From IMG/VR virus record IMGVR_UViG_3300038674_000376, positions 1 to 36,302 of that record: DNA of 36,302 nucleotides; one strand, 5' to 3'. Within the stretch, counting starts at the first letter, position 1, and every line of letters starts with the position of its first letter. This document shows positions 9,624-19,020 of the stretch, one piece after another. Both the position numbers and the translations under genes were made by a program. The DNA is from a virus (taxonomy: Duplodnaviria > Caudoviricetes). The notes under the pieces are model-generated. The model did not search any database, was not told the origin of the DNA, and worked only from the letters and a program-made list of their open reading frames with translations.

Positions 9624-10843
9624 TATGATGCTGCATTAAGTTGTTTTAAACGGGTAAAGTATTCATCTGCTGTTTCTCCCGTTGCGATATTGTATGGTTT
9701 ATCCTTATCTTTTAAGAAAATATTTTTCTCAATATGAGGTAATGAATCCTTGATTATCTTTTGTTCTTTATCTGTCCAATGAACAATTAATAACTTTCGC
9801 CAATCAAGTATACCATTATATTTTAGTTTATGACCAGCAATGATCATACGGGTTGATACAATTCTACGTAATTCATTATCTTTAATGATTTTACGTAAAG
9901 CATAACAATAACTAAGTACTTCAGTGTCAAACTGAGACTCATAGAGTTCAGAATACGTAACCTCTACAATACTGCCTATAAAGCGGTCTATAGTGGACGC
10001 ATCCAGTTGGTTGTTTGCAACATATTGACGGTCTGCACCCGTACCAAATGTATTACTTGTCGCAATTATAATACATTCCGGATGACGATGAACTAAGCCA
10101 GTAGTAGTCTCAATTTCATCATTGGCCAGCGCTGCATTTAATACCTGCGCTACAGCAGGATCCAACGCTGTCATTTCGTCAATTAATATTATAGATGGTT
10201 TAGCATAGAATTCAGCAAATCTAGTAGGTTCTCTACTAGGATACTTATAACCAACAAATTCTGTTGCTGATGTTCCTATACCACATGATATACACAAATA
10301 AGGTAAATCTTTTTCATTAGCTACTTTACGTGCTATTGTAGATTTACCTGACCCCGCAGGGCCAACCATCCAAATATTATTCATTCCAGATTCAACAAGT
10401 CTACTAACTTTTTCCTCTGGTGACAAATCAAAAATATTAACACCTTTACTTTCAATTTGTCTCTGGAACTTTACATATTCCAACTCTTTCGTCTTATTTT
10501 CAATTCGTTTTACAAGATCTTCAATCTCTGGAGCAATATGTCTTCCTTTAAGGGAATTAAATATTGTAATAGTTTTTATTGAAGTTTTATAAATATTACC
10601 GAAAGCATCTGTAACAGCTATTTTGTTATCTGGTAACTTTGCTGAAACTTTGTAAAGATCTTTGCGATTGTTTAATCTTTTCTTCTTGCCATTATCCTTG
10701 ATGGTTGTGGTAATACTACCATAAAACACATCATCAATATCAAGAGTTTCACGAGTTAATGTTAACCCGAGATTTTCTGCTTCATATTTTAGATTAACAG
10801 CATCTTTACCAAAAAAGATTTTGTTAATTATATTTGATATCAT
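9623..10843 (-). CDS. MoxR/CobS-like AAA+ ATPase (AAA_5)
   Basis: GPAGSGKS, ILIDE, ATSN, QLDASTIDRF and VSTR motifs. Confidence 0.85.
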   Translation of the reverse strand: MISNIINKIFFGKDAVNLKYEAENLGLTLTRETLDIDDVFYGSITTTIKDNGKKKRLNNRKDLYKVSAKLPDNKIAVTDAFGNIYKTSIKTITIFNSLKGRHIAPEIEDLVKRIENKTKELEYVKFQRQIESKGVNIFDLSPEEKVSRLVESGMNNIWMVGPAGSGKSTIARKVANEKDLPYLCISCGIGTSATEFVGYKYPSREPTRFAEFYAKPSIILIDEMTALDPAVAQVLNAALANDEIETTTGLVHRHPECIIIATSNTFGTGADRQYVANNQLDASTIDRFIGSIVEVTYSELYESQFDTEVLSYCYALRKIIKDNELRRIVSTRMIIAGHKLKYNGILDWRKLLIVHWTDKEQKIIKDSLPHIEKNIFLKDKDKPYNIATGETADEYFTRLKQLNAAS

Positions 10844-10864
10844 TATTTATTTTTTGATAATTAA

Positions 10865-10894
10865 ACAAAAAAGGTAGGCCATAAAGACCTACCT
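10865..10894 (-). terminator. Intrinsic terminator
   Basis: - strand AGGTAGGTC-TTTAT-GGCCTACCT followed by TTTTTGTTT. Confidence 0.75.
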
Positions 10895-10918
10895 ATATTA
10901 TTTCTCTCAGAATGATAA

Positions 10919-11512
10919 TTAGAATGGAAGATTATCGGTAACTGGCGCACTAGTAGGTTCTAGCGGATTTGTAACAGTAACTTCCTTATCTTCTACAACA
11001 CTCTTTGTAAATTTATCAATTGACAATTCTACAATTGAACTTGTCTCACCCTCTGGTAAGTTCATAGGTTCAATAAAGGTATATTTAGTATACCTAGGAA
11101 GTGTAGTGTAGTTATTATCGTTATAAACGATCTTCACACGAACGAGAATATCTTTATTCGCATTGTTTAAAAATGCTGCAACTTCTTTCGCAAATTCTTT
11201 AAATGTAGTACCATTAAAGATGAGTTGTTCATCTTTATAGAATACTAATAGAATTTGCATCATCCTACTAAATTGATTATCTTCTTTTTTCTGAACGGTC
11301 TCATCCGTATCATTTGCGGTACGATTTGGTTTATATTCCGTATGAACGAATATAGCACCATCTTTCTCAAAACGAATTTCTAGAAAGTCGTTACCATTTA
11401 TAGAAGTATCAACTTTTGCTGAAACTAACTTAACATTTTCTATTATCCCCGCTGGGATATAATTAATCACACTCGCTTTAGCGATGGATTTTGCTCTTTC
11501 TTTATTGTACAT
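10919..11512 (-). CDS. Probable single-stranded DNA-binding protein
   Basis: Follows the Sak4-like ATPase; beta-rich N-terminus; flexible tail ending DNLPF, typical of SSBs. Confidence 0.65.
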   Translation of the reverse strand: MYNKERAKSIAKASVINYIPAGIIENVKLVSAKVDTSINGNDFLEIRFEKDGAIFVHTEYKPNRTANDTDETVQKKEDNQFSRMMQILLVFYKDEQLIFNGTTFKEFAKEVAAFLNNANKDILVRVKIVYNDNNYTTLPRYTKYTFIEPMNLPEGETSSIVELSIDKFTKSVVEDKEVTVTNPLEPTSAPVTDNLPF

Positions 11513-11525
11513 ATATAGTAATTTT

Positions 11526-12266
11526 TTATTCTGGTAAATATATTTTATCCCAATCGACTGTTACGTCATTATCATCATTGCTTTCTGCGATAACAATTTT
11601 CTTACCACGCAAATGTTTTGCTCTGGCTTCGATTATTGAATTATCACCACCTTCAAATGAAATTATTGTCTGGTTTTTCTTTCGATAAACATAACCAACA
11701 GCATCTGCTTCTCCGCAGACGATATCGCCAAGTTTACCTACTAAATCAATTGCCATTTCTGTCAATTCTTCACCTTCTTTATTAATAATTTTATCCTTAG
11801 TATGACCAATTAAAATAAATTGATCACATAAATCTTTAAACATATTAATAACCTTTTTAACTGCTTCTCTAAGATATAAATATCCAGCTCCATTAGGAAG
11901 CGTACGAACATCTGTTCCTTCCCACTTTTTAGCGGTAGGTAGTTGTCTATATAGAGTTGCGGCATAAGGAAGACATATTTCTTCTAAACGTGTAGCATTA
12001 TCTATAGCAATTCGTTTATAAGGCTTTTTGCCTAGTTCTGCTATCTTAGCTTTAATTGCTTGTGCAATCTCACCTAAGTCGGCAACTGACCTTGCTTGTA
12101 CTGATAGTGCTTCTAAGAACTCACTACCACCTTCAAGGTCTATAATTAAACATTGATCTAGAAAAGATAATAAAGTGGTTTTTCCACTTTTTGGTTTGCC
12201 ATATAATACCAGGAACCTAGGATTAGAAACCTTAGGTTCATTTTTTTTAATAGGAAGTGTTAACAT
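11526..12266 (-). CDS. Sak4-like / AAA_24 ATPase (recombination)
   Basis: LYGKPKSGKTT, IIDLEGG, IAIDNAT, GAGY, ILIGH and ADAVGY motifs. Confidence 0.85.
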   Translation of the reverse strand: MLTLPIKKNEPKVSNPRFLVLYGKPKSGKTTLLSFLDQCLIIDLEGGSEFLEALSVQARSVADLGEIAQAIKAKIAELGKKPYKRIAIDNATRLEEICLPYAATLYRQLPTAKKWEGTDVRTLPNGAGYLYLREAVKKVINMFKDLCDQFILIGHTKDKIINKEGEELTEMAIDLVGKLGDIVCGEADAVGYVYRKKNQTIISFEGGDNSIIEARAKHLRGKKIVIAESNDDNDVTVDWDKIYLPE

Positions 12267-12297
12267 AAATTAATTTTTAACACTCTATATACAATTG

Positions 12298-12326
12298 TTT
12301 GAAATGATTTTGAAAATATTTTGAAA
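12298..12326. promoter_or_regulatory. Array of three TTTGAAA at 11-bp period
   Basis: TTTGAAA at 12298, 12309 and 12320, about 30 nt upstream of the Sak4-like start. Confidence 0.6.
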
Positions 12327-12354
12327 AGTTAGTATATAAAGATATATTTTTTAA

Positions 12355-12801
12355 TTAAAACCGGTAAGTACGAATAATTATAACAATTGTTTCAATACTA
12401 ACGGTTTCTCTTACTGTATACGGAATCATTTTATATCCGTACTGAATATGATCTTTGTAGACTTTTACAGGAACTCCATCCAGTAAAAAGTCATATGTAG
12501 GTTGATATTGCTGTTTTCTTTTCTTTTCATAACGATCTGCATAATATGCCATTTTTCGTAGTTCGAAAATTTCATTCAAATCGTCTGTGGTTTTTGCCAA
12601 AATTCCAGCATAAGGACTAGCTGTAATATCTCGGCGAATGAATGCACGGTTTAATAGATCTTCAAAGGCATTTCTTTCTTCACGTTCTTCACGTTCTTCT
12701 TTAGCTGCATTTAGCCAAGGAATACTTTTTGCTATTTCATTGATAATAAAGTTTTTCAACGGATCTACTTGTTTTGTTTGTTGTGCGAATATCTTAAACA
12801 T
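12355..12801 (-). CDS. Hypothetical protein
   Basis: 148-aa ORF packed in the operon with an A-rich leader. Confidence 0.75.
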   Translation of the reverse strand: MFKIFAQQTKQVDPLKNFIINEIAKSIPWLNAAKEEREEREERNAFEDLLNRAFIRRDITASPYAGILAKTTDDLNEIFELRKMAYYADRYEKKRKQQYQPTYDFLLDGVPVKVYKDHIQYGYKMIPYTVRETVSIETIVIIIRTYRF

Positions 12802-12805
12802 AATC

Positions 12806-13756
12806 TTAATCTTTTAATTCATTATTTAATGGTGCAGTTTCAATCAAATCACCATATTTTAAATTGTTATCAAACTGTAGTATACATGGTTCACCAACAT
12901 CCCTTATCTTTAAGAAATGTAAATAAACCTTACCTTGTACAGGTAAATGGTTAGGCCCGTACGAAATTATATTTTGTAACTCAGGTCTTGATAAAACAAT
13001 TATAAAATCTGATGCTTGATAAACAGCATCCGATGCAGCCAAATCACTACGCATTGGGTAATGTAGGCTTGGGTTATTGAATCTCTCAGGGGATTCTATG
13101 TTACGATTCATCTGTGAAATCTGTATTATACTTGTACGAAATAACTTCTTACATCGTATAAACATTTTCTGTAAATCGACAATAGTTTTTCTTTCATCAA
13201 AACCTTCAACTAAAAGTACATGGTCTAATATAATAATTAGCCATCTTCCTTTAGCGATGTTTTTATGAAAATATTTTATAGTACTTTCTATTTCTTCTAC
13301 AGTACCAGGAGTATCCACATAATATATGGGATAATTCTTTATACGTTGGCTAACGTTCTTTACCTTCTGAAAATCATCATCAGATAAGTCTTCTTCACCA
13401 CTATATAGTTCTGTAGTAGTACGTCTAAGTTTATTAGAAATCTTTCTAGTTACCTGTCGATAACTAAGCATTTCAAAACTTATACTTAATACTATAACAT
13501 CCTCACCGGGATTCAAATCAATTAAATCTGTTTCTAACGTGTTGACAAAGGAAGATTTTCCTGAGCCTGAAGCACCAGCTACGGTAAATACCATACCCGG
13601 TTCAATACCACCTGCGCAAACTTTGTTGAATTTTGTCCATCTTGTTTTTAATGGATTGATTGTATGATTTTTTCTACTCTCAATATATAAAATAGATTCA
13701 TCAACAGCATCTGCGATAGGTTTAAACTGTAGCATATTAGAATACTGTGGTTCCAT
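12806..13756 (-). CDS. dnaB: DnaB-like (SF4) replicative helicase, C-terminal domain only
   Basis: GASGSGKS, SFEM, IILDH, ISQMNR, RSDLAAS and LKIR motifs. Confidence 0.9.
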   Translation of the reverse strand: MEPQYSNMLQFKPIADAVDESILYIESRKNHTINPLKTRWTKFNKVCAGGIEPGMVFTVAGASGSGKSSFVNTLETDLIDLNPGEDVIVLSISFEMLSYRQVTRKISNKLRRTTTELYSGEEDLSDDDFQKVKNVSQRIKNYPIYYVDTPGTVEEIESTIKYFHKNIAKGRWLIIILDHVLLVEGFDERKTIVDLQKMFIRCKKLFRTSIIQISQMNRNIESPERFNNPSLHYPMRSDLAASDAVYQASDFIIVLSRPELQNIISYGPNHLPVQGKVYLHFLKIRDVGEPCILQFDNNLKYGDLIETAPLNNELKD

Positions 13757-14300
13757 ATGCCTCCGTTTTTATTGTTTCTTCTTTTACACGATCCTCGTAA
13801 TATTCCCATCCATGTTGAACGAGCCATTTCCACATAGTTTGCATATAAATCATTTTACCGGTTGTTACTTTATCTTGTAACTCAAATTTCAAACAGTCCA
13901 TGATGTGATCATGCATTGCTTTAGATTTACCAATAATTTTATTATATTCTTTTCTACATTTGTTTACATTTGCCTTTAGATAACCTTTGGTACCATCTGG
14001 TCTTAAAACATAAACTGGAAATGTATTATAAAATTCATCAAAGTAGGAGGCTTGCTGTTTTTCCAACATTTCTTCTACTTCTTTTGATATTTTATAAATT
14101 ACGTTATCATTGTCCTTATTAATAATAACGATATTACGATTTATTAAGTCTTCGATTTCTTTACTAGGTATGAGATTAAGAACATCACTAGCGTTTTTGA
14201 CATTGGATTTTGATCCGCTATTTATAAGACTTAATAAGATTAATTGATTTAACGAGATATTTAGTTTTTTTATAAAATCTATTTCTAACTCTAAAATCAT
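13737..14300 (-). CDS. Putative replication initiator / helicase loader
   Basis: Lies between PolB and DnaB; wHTH-like N-half and FDEFYNTFP C-terminal motif. Start assigned to MILELE (14300), leaving the TTTGAAA array in its leader. Confidence 0.55.
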   Translation of the reverse strand: MILELEIDFIKKLNISLNQLILLSLINSGSKSNVKNASDVLNLIPSKEIEDLINRNIVIINKDNDNVIYKISKEVEEMLEKQQASYFDEFYNTFPVYVLRPDGTKGYLKANVNKCRKEYNKIIGKSKAMHDHIMDCLKFELQDKVTTGKMIYMQTMWKWLVQHGWEYYEDRVKEETIKTEAYGTTVF

Positions 14301-14362
14301 ATATTGATTGGTTTTGGAGTTTGTTTGAAATAAGATTTTTGAAATTGTTCTGATAAAGTTAA

Positions 14363-16219
14363 TCAAAACAAACTTAGTTGTAATGGTTTCAAGGCTCTTA
14401 ATAATTTATAAGCCTCATATATGTAATATCTATAGTTAATATTTCTATTTTCTGTAGATAAATTGTCTAATTTGTTTAGTAGAGTTACACCTGACGCAGC
14501 TAACATATTTTGGTACTGTTTTGTAATATTATCAGTTTTCCATTTCCATAAGTACCCACCATTGGTAGATGCATAGAAACGATTAATACGTTGTTGCGGC
14601 ATATTCATGTATTCTACATTCCATTGCTTACCTGTTTTTTCTGACATTAGAAAATCTCTAATATCTACACAGGATTTTATAGTTTCTTCTATTGGGGTAC
14701 CGTTTATAAAGAAGTTTATTACAGCTTTTGGTATTATCTTAGGAGTTAATCCTTTACCAAGCTTAGTCGATGTAATGAAACATCCCTTCTCTTTTATTGT
14801 ACCATTTTTTGTTACAGCAAAATAATCATTAATTGCTAATTGATATAAGCCTTTAAACTCTTCAGTTTCCATAGTAAGTCTACTAAATTGCTCAAATTCT
14901 TTTATGACTTTGTCGTACTCTTCTTTCTTATCCTTTTTACAGGTAAGAAATAAACCATCAGTATTATACTGAATAATTCTACAACCAATAGCAATTAACA
15001 TTTCTGCTAATTTTAATAATAATAACTGACCATTCATTCGAATCTGCATTACTGCGAATGGGCTATATAGCCAAGAATACTCATTCTGATAATTACCAGT
15101 TACTGCATTTAGTGCTAGTTTTAGAGTTTCATTCTTATCTTTATTACCATTATGTTTTGCTTCAATACGCTCTGTACGAATATTGGAATATACTTGTAAG
15201 AATTCTTTACCTAAATGTGGTGGTACAAATCCATATTCAATCAATAATGATGGATATAGAGATGCAGCATCAGTATCTAGTAATAGCTCATCATCTTTTG
15301 GTATTATTATTTCAGGTTCATTTTTACTATGAATACCACCAACACCAACAGATATCTTTGTACCATCTAATATGAATGTTTCTTCTAATCCTTTTCTACC
15401 AGGGCTCACTACAGCCATTTTAAGCCGTTCTAAGAGACTTTGTAGTATAGGTGTAGTGTAACTAATCTGAGGTAGTATAACGTCCTTGAGTGGAATATAA
15501 TCCATTGGAGAACGTAAGTCTTTAATGTCATCCCATGTTTTGTTAGTTAGTTGTAGATACTTTTGTTTTAAAATCTCAGTACCAATACCAACACCATCTT
15601 TCGATAAAACATTTATATTATATTCTTTTTGAATAGACAAACGTAATGATATTAAACTTTTGGATCTATCTAACAGTTCATTAGTAGACATAACATCATT
15701 AATATTATACAGAATCATATCATCGTATCTATCGGGAGATAATGGTTTATCCCAATCTGTAACAAATTCTTCTACATTTTTAAAATGCATTGTTACTTGC
15801 ATTTCTTTCAGTGAAACCCTAAGAGCTTGGCTGAATAACATAGTTAGTAAATCTAATGTTTTGAAATTATTTGCATACTTATATTCTTTCCATAATTGTA
15901 AATTATTATCTTCACGTGAAGTAATAGTTCTACTTAGATTGAATATAGATTTACAAATAGTTTCAGCATCATATTTACCAGTACTAAAGTACTTAATGCA
16001 ATAATTTATAATAGGATTATCATAATGAATATTATTATAACCTACAAAATATACTGCATTATTTAAAAAGAAACTAACTAATTCTTGTATCTGATTTGTT
16101 CTATCTGATACTTCGAATTTGTACAGTTCATTGTTTTCTGTATTAAGTATTGTTACATGAAATATATTTATAAATACTTCAACGTCATATACATAACACG
16201 GAATTCCATTAATTTGCAT
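14363..16219 (-). CDS. polB: Family B DNA polymerase
   Basis: Exo I YDVE, Exo II GYNNIHYD, Exo III YNINDV; polymerase motifs DAASLYPS, KLALNAVTG, YNTDG; C-terminal QLSLF. Confidence 0.95.
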   Translation of the reverse strand: MQINGIPCYVYDVEVFINIFHVTILNTENNELYKFEVSDRTNQIQELVSFFLNNAVYFVGYNNIHYDNPIINYCIKYFSTGKYDAETICKSIFNLSRTITSREDNNLQLWKEYKYANNFKTLDLLTMLFSQALRVSLKEMQVTMHFKNVEEFVTDWDKPLSPDRYDDMILYNINDVMSTNELLDRSKSLISLRLSIQKEYNINVLSKDGVGIGTEILKQKYLQLTNKTWDDIKDLRSPMDYIPLKDVILPQISYTTPILQSLLERLKMAVVSPGRKGLEETFILDGTKISVGVGGIHSKNEPEIIIPKDDELLLDTDAASLYPSLLIEYGFVPPHLGKEFLQVYSNIRTERIEAKHNGNKDKNETLKLALNAVTGNYQNEYSWLYSPFAVMQIRMNGQLLLLKLAEMLIAIGCRIIQYNTDGLFLTCKKDKKEEYDKVIKEFEQFSRLTMETEEFKGLYQLAINDYFAVTKNGTIKEKGCFITSTKLGKGLTPKIIPKAVINFFINGTPIEETIKSCVDIRDFLMSEKTGKQWNVEYMNMPQQRINRFYASTNGGYLWKWKTDNITKQYQNMLAASGVTLLNKLDNLSTENRNINYRYYIYEAYKLLRALKPLQLSLF

Positions 16220-16221
16220 AA

Positions 16222-16317
16222 TTATCCTACTTTACAATCTAACAATGAAATTTCTTCATTATAAAGATTAGTACGCAATAAATACAAATTAAAATTTATC
16301 AAAATTTCTTCTTTCAT
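16222..16317 (-). CDS. Possible 31-aa peptide upstream of polB
   Basis: ATG 16317 with an AT-rich leader, stop 2 nt before the polB start; short, so uncertain. Confidence 0.35.
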   Translation of the reverse strand: MKEEILINFNLYLLRTNLYNEEISLLDCKVG

Positions 16318-16348
16318 AATATATATAATTAAGTTAATAATACATATG

Positions 16349-16377
16349 TTTGAAATAATTTTGAAATTGTTTTGGAA
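16349..16377. promoter_or_regulatory. TTTGAAA/TTTGAAA/TTTGGAA array at 11-bp period
   Basis: Copies at 16349, 16360 and 16371. Confidence 0.6.
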
Positions 16378-16386
16378 TGTTATTTG

Positions 16387-16458
16387 TTGCGGAGAGTGGA
16401 TTCGAACCACTGATTTCCAGCTTATGAGGCTGGCGAGATACCACTTCTCTACTCCGCA
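16387..16458 (-). tRNA. tRNA-Met(CAT), partly initiator-like
   Basis: TGCGGAG/CTCCGCA acceptor, GAGA/TCTC D stem, CCAGC-CTCATAA-GCTGG, AGTGG-TTCGAAT-CCACT; followed by A-CAA (no CCA). Confidence 0.92.
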
Positions 16459-16467
16459 ATGTTAAAA

Positions 16468-16604
16468 ATAATAATTACTGCTGCATCAAGTTCAGTCATA
16501 CTTTTCAGTATATCAACAATCCCTCACTATCTAGATTCATTATCATATATCATATGATTACCTTACAGCTGTTATAACCTCGGTATTTAGGTCGTAATTA
16601 TTAT
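16468..16604 (-). ncRNA. Candidate multi-stem structured RNA
   Basis: 11-bp closing stem ATAATAATTAC/GTAATTATTAT; internal GACCT/AGGTT, GCTGTA/TGCAGC, ATCATAT/ATATGAT and ATACT-GAAA-AGTAT. Confidence 0.5.
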
Positions 16605-16612
16605 ATTTTATT

Positions 16613-16840
16613 TTATTGTTGTATTCTAGCTAGAAATAAATCTATGCGAGAATCATCGTAATAACAATCATATTCTGTTGCTATTAGGGGTTTCACAATA
16701 TCTGGAAACATTTCACAAGCTTCTGTAAAGATAGCTTTACCAAGAGTAACTTGACCATTTATGCAGATTTTTTGTTCTGCTTTAGTCTTTATTTGTATGA
16801 TATCTATGATATCAGGTTTATGCCGCTGCTCGTTGTTCAT
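16613..16840 (-). CDS. Hypothetical protein
   Basis: 75-aa ORF with a DCYYDD motif, overlapping the upstream gene end. Confidence 0.75.
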   Translation of the reverse strand: MNNEQRHKPDIIDIIQIKTKAEQKICINGQVTLGKAIFTEACEMFPDIVKPLIATEYDCYYDDSRIDLFLARIQQ

Positions 16841-17579
16841 TTTGTGAATTGTTTAATAAAGTGAATACTGGCATTCCATACATTCCATTTGCTGGTTTAT
16901 TATATTCAGCAATAGGTATTATACGTATACCGTAATAGTCTTCTGTTGTAGACATCATTTTTTCATGCAAATTCTTTGCGATCAATCTAGTTCTTTCAAG
17001 ATTATGAGCACTATAAGTTGTTGAAAAATCATAAGGTAAACCTTTTGAATTATTCATACTTACAATTACAGCAAAATTGTTTTTATTTTTGCTATAAGTT
17101 TTTTGTTCTCTGATATCATCAATGATACATTTGATTTGCTCTTCATGTTGCTCATTAAAGGCACGTTGTCTATCTCTACGTACAACTGTAGAAATTGACT
17201 CTTTTATCAAAGATTTATATTCTCTGTTTTCAAAAGCAACAGCTTTCTCTGCCTTCTTAACGGCAAATTTAGCTTTCATTTCTTCATTTGTCTCAACTTT
17301 AACTTCTTTTTTAACAAACTTGAGATCGTTTAATTTCGGATGTCTTGATCCATATCTCGTATGTTCAATACCATTCCGATCCATATATATCACTTTTATT
17401 GCAATTTTATTTGCCTTATTTGCATTTTTTGCAGATAATCCAGCTTCAGTCCAGAATAAAGTTCTAGGCTGTTTTGATGGTATTGCTTTGTTAATGGTAA
17501 GTTTATTAGTAACTTCACCACGTTTTTTAACATTTGCTTGATATATATTGTTTCTTCTTTCTCTTTTTTCTTTATTCAT
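16818..17579 (-). CDS. Hypothetical basic protein
   Basis: 253-aa K/R-rich ORF. Confidence 0.8.
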   Translation of the reverse strand: MNKEKRERRNNIYQANVKKRGEVTNKLTINKAIPSKQPRTLFWTEAGLSAKNANKANKIAIKVIYMDRNGIEHTRYGSRHPKLNDLKFVKKEVKVETNEEMKAKFAVKKAEKAVAFENREYKSLIKESISTVVRRDRQRAFNEQHEEQIKCIIDDIREQKTYSKNKNNFAVIVSMNNSKGLPYDFSTTYSAHNLERTRLIAKNLHEKMMSTTEDYYGIRIIPIAEYNKPANGMYGMPVFTLLNNSQNEQRAAA

Positions 17580-17610
17580 AACTTTTTAATTTTGATAATT
17601 AATAAAATAA

Positions 17611-17630
17611 GGCTGACTATGAGATCAGCC
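17611..17630 (-). terminator. Intrinsic terminator
   Basis: GGCTGA/TCAGCC stem followed by TTATTTT on the - strand. Confidence 0.65.
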
Positions 17631-17645
17631 CAATAAGTTAGTCTC

Positions 17646-18140
17646 TTAAGCAGCAATCGCCAAAGGTGTTGCGTCCTCTAGCTCTCTGTTATTGAATTCA
17701 TCCATCTTGAGTTTTATCTCATTGATAGCCAAGTCAATATTCTGGATTTCTTTCTTAATCAAATCGGAAGTAAATACTTCTGTCTTTGTCAAGTTTCTTT
17801 TTCCTTTTTTCGCTTTTAGTTTTGGGTCTAAAGTGCGAATCTTCATTAACTGAACTTTTCTTTCGTTGAGTTCTGTCAATTTAAATACATTAATAATATT
17901 CGCATCTGCTGGTAAGTCCTTAATATGCATACCCATGTTAAAACATTGTTGTTTCAACTTGAAAATAACTCTTTGTTCAGCCATTTCACATATCTTTTTA
18001 TAAACTTCTTTCAAATCATAGTTTCTTTTTTGACGCTTGTCAATCAAGTTTTCTGATTTTATGATATTCCAGTATTTTGTGATAGACAAAGATAAACCAT
18101 CTCTGCCAGATATTATTGTCATTGGTTTGATTTTTCCCAT
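17646..18140 (-). CDS. Hypothetical coiled-coil protein
   Basis: 164-aa ORF ending PLAIAA. Confidence 0.8.
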   Translation of the reverse strand: MGKIKPMTIISGRDGLSLSITKYWNIIKSENLIDKRQKRNYDLKEVYKKICEMAEQRVIFKLKQQCFNMGMHIKDLPADANIINVFKLTELNERKVQLMKIRTLDPKLKAKKGKRNLTKTEVFTSDLIKKEIQNIDLAINEIKLKMDEFNNRELEDATPLAIAA

Positions 18141-18446
18141 ATATTTGATTTTTTTAATTGGTAAAAACGAACCTAACCATTCGTGCCCCAGTCCACATCG
18201 AAATGGCAGCCACTTTTCCTCATGGCTTTCAATTATTTATAGTCAGTTACGGCTACACATAAGGGGCATAAAATAAAGTAAGAGACCCATCATCTCATAC
18301 TTTCATATTGTAAGAATATTTTATATATAAATAATTTTTTATTTTCTGATTATTTCCATCCATCCGTAGATAATCTTATTTTATTAAATACTTATATTTA
18401 AAATATGTTGATTTTTCTAAACCTTATGACCCATCGTCAGTTTTGA

Positions 18447-19007
18447 TTAATCTTCTGGTTCAATAAATAACGAACCAATTGGGAAACTTCCGCAACCATT
18501 GTCCAAAACAACGTGAACCGGAATTGTATCTCCATTATTACGTTTACCCGCATTTTTGTTTGAAGCCTGCCGGCGTGAAGCTTCTTCTACATCCTCATCG
18601 GTAATGTAGTTAGATTTAAAAGTACCTTCTGTCACACCAAACATTGCTGCTTGAAGTAACATGTCTACAACTAAGTCATATTGTCTACTATCGATAGCCT
18701 TCTCAATGATATTTTGAGCAAGATATCTTTTTAAATTTGCACCAATTTTACCAGGTTTGGCAATTTTGTTCAAATTTGCAGCAATACGAAACGCAACCAT
18801 AGCGAATTCTATGACACGTTTATCTTCTGGAAACAAACTATTCCACCAATTCTTTGGTGTTCTACCTATTAGTACTGACCCATCGTCTTGTACTACAATT
18901 GTTTTCGGTAAATCACCATCCATTAGTATATCCTTGTTATAAGACGGATCTTCTAACAAATGTATTAATAGTTTTTTTCTAGAATCACTAATCAAACTAA
19001 TTTGCAT
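18447..19007 (-). CDS. Hypothetical protein
   Basis: 186-aa ORF with an A-rich leader. Confidence 0.8.
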   Translation of the reverse strand: MQISLISDSRKKLLIHLLEDPSYNKDILMDGDLPKTIVVQDDGSVLIGRTPKNWWNSLFPEDKRVIEFAMVAFRIAANLNKIAKPGKIGANLKRYLAQNIIEKAIDSRQYDLVVDMLLQAAMFGVTEGTFKSNYITDEDVEEASRRQASNKNAGKRNNGDTIPVHVVLDNGCGSFPIGSLFIEPED

Positions 19008-19020
19008 AGTTTAATTAAAA

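Noticed and set aside
16318-16410. 62-aa ORF 16222-16410
   Set aside because: Its 5' part overlaps tRNA-Met and the TTTGAAA array; only the last 31 codons are plausible
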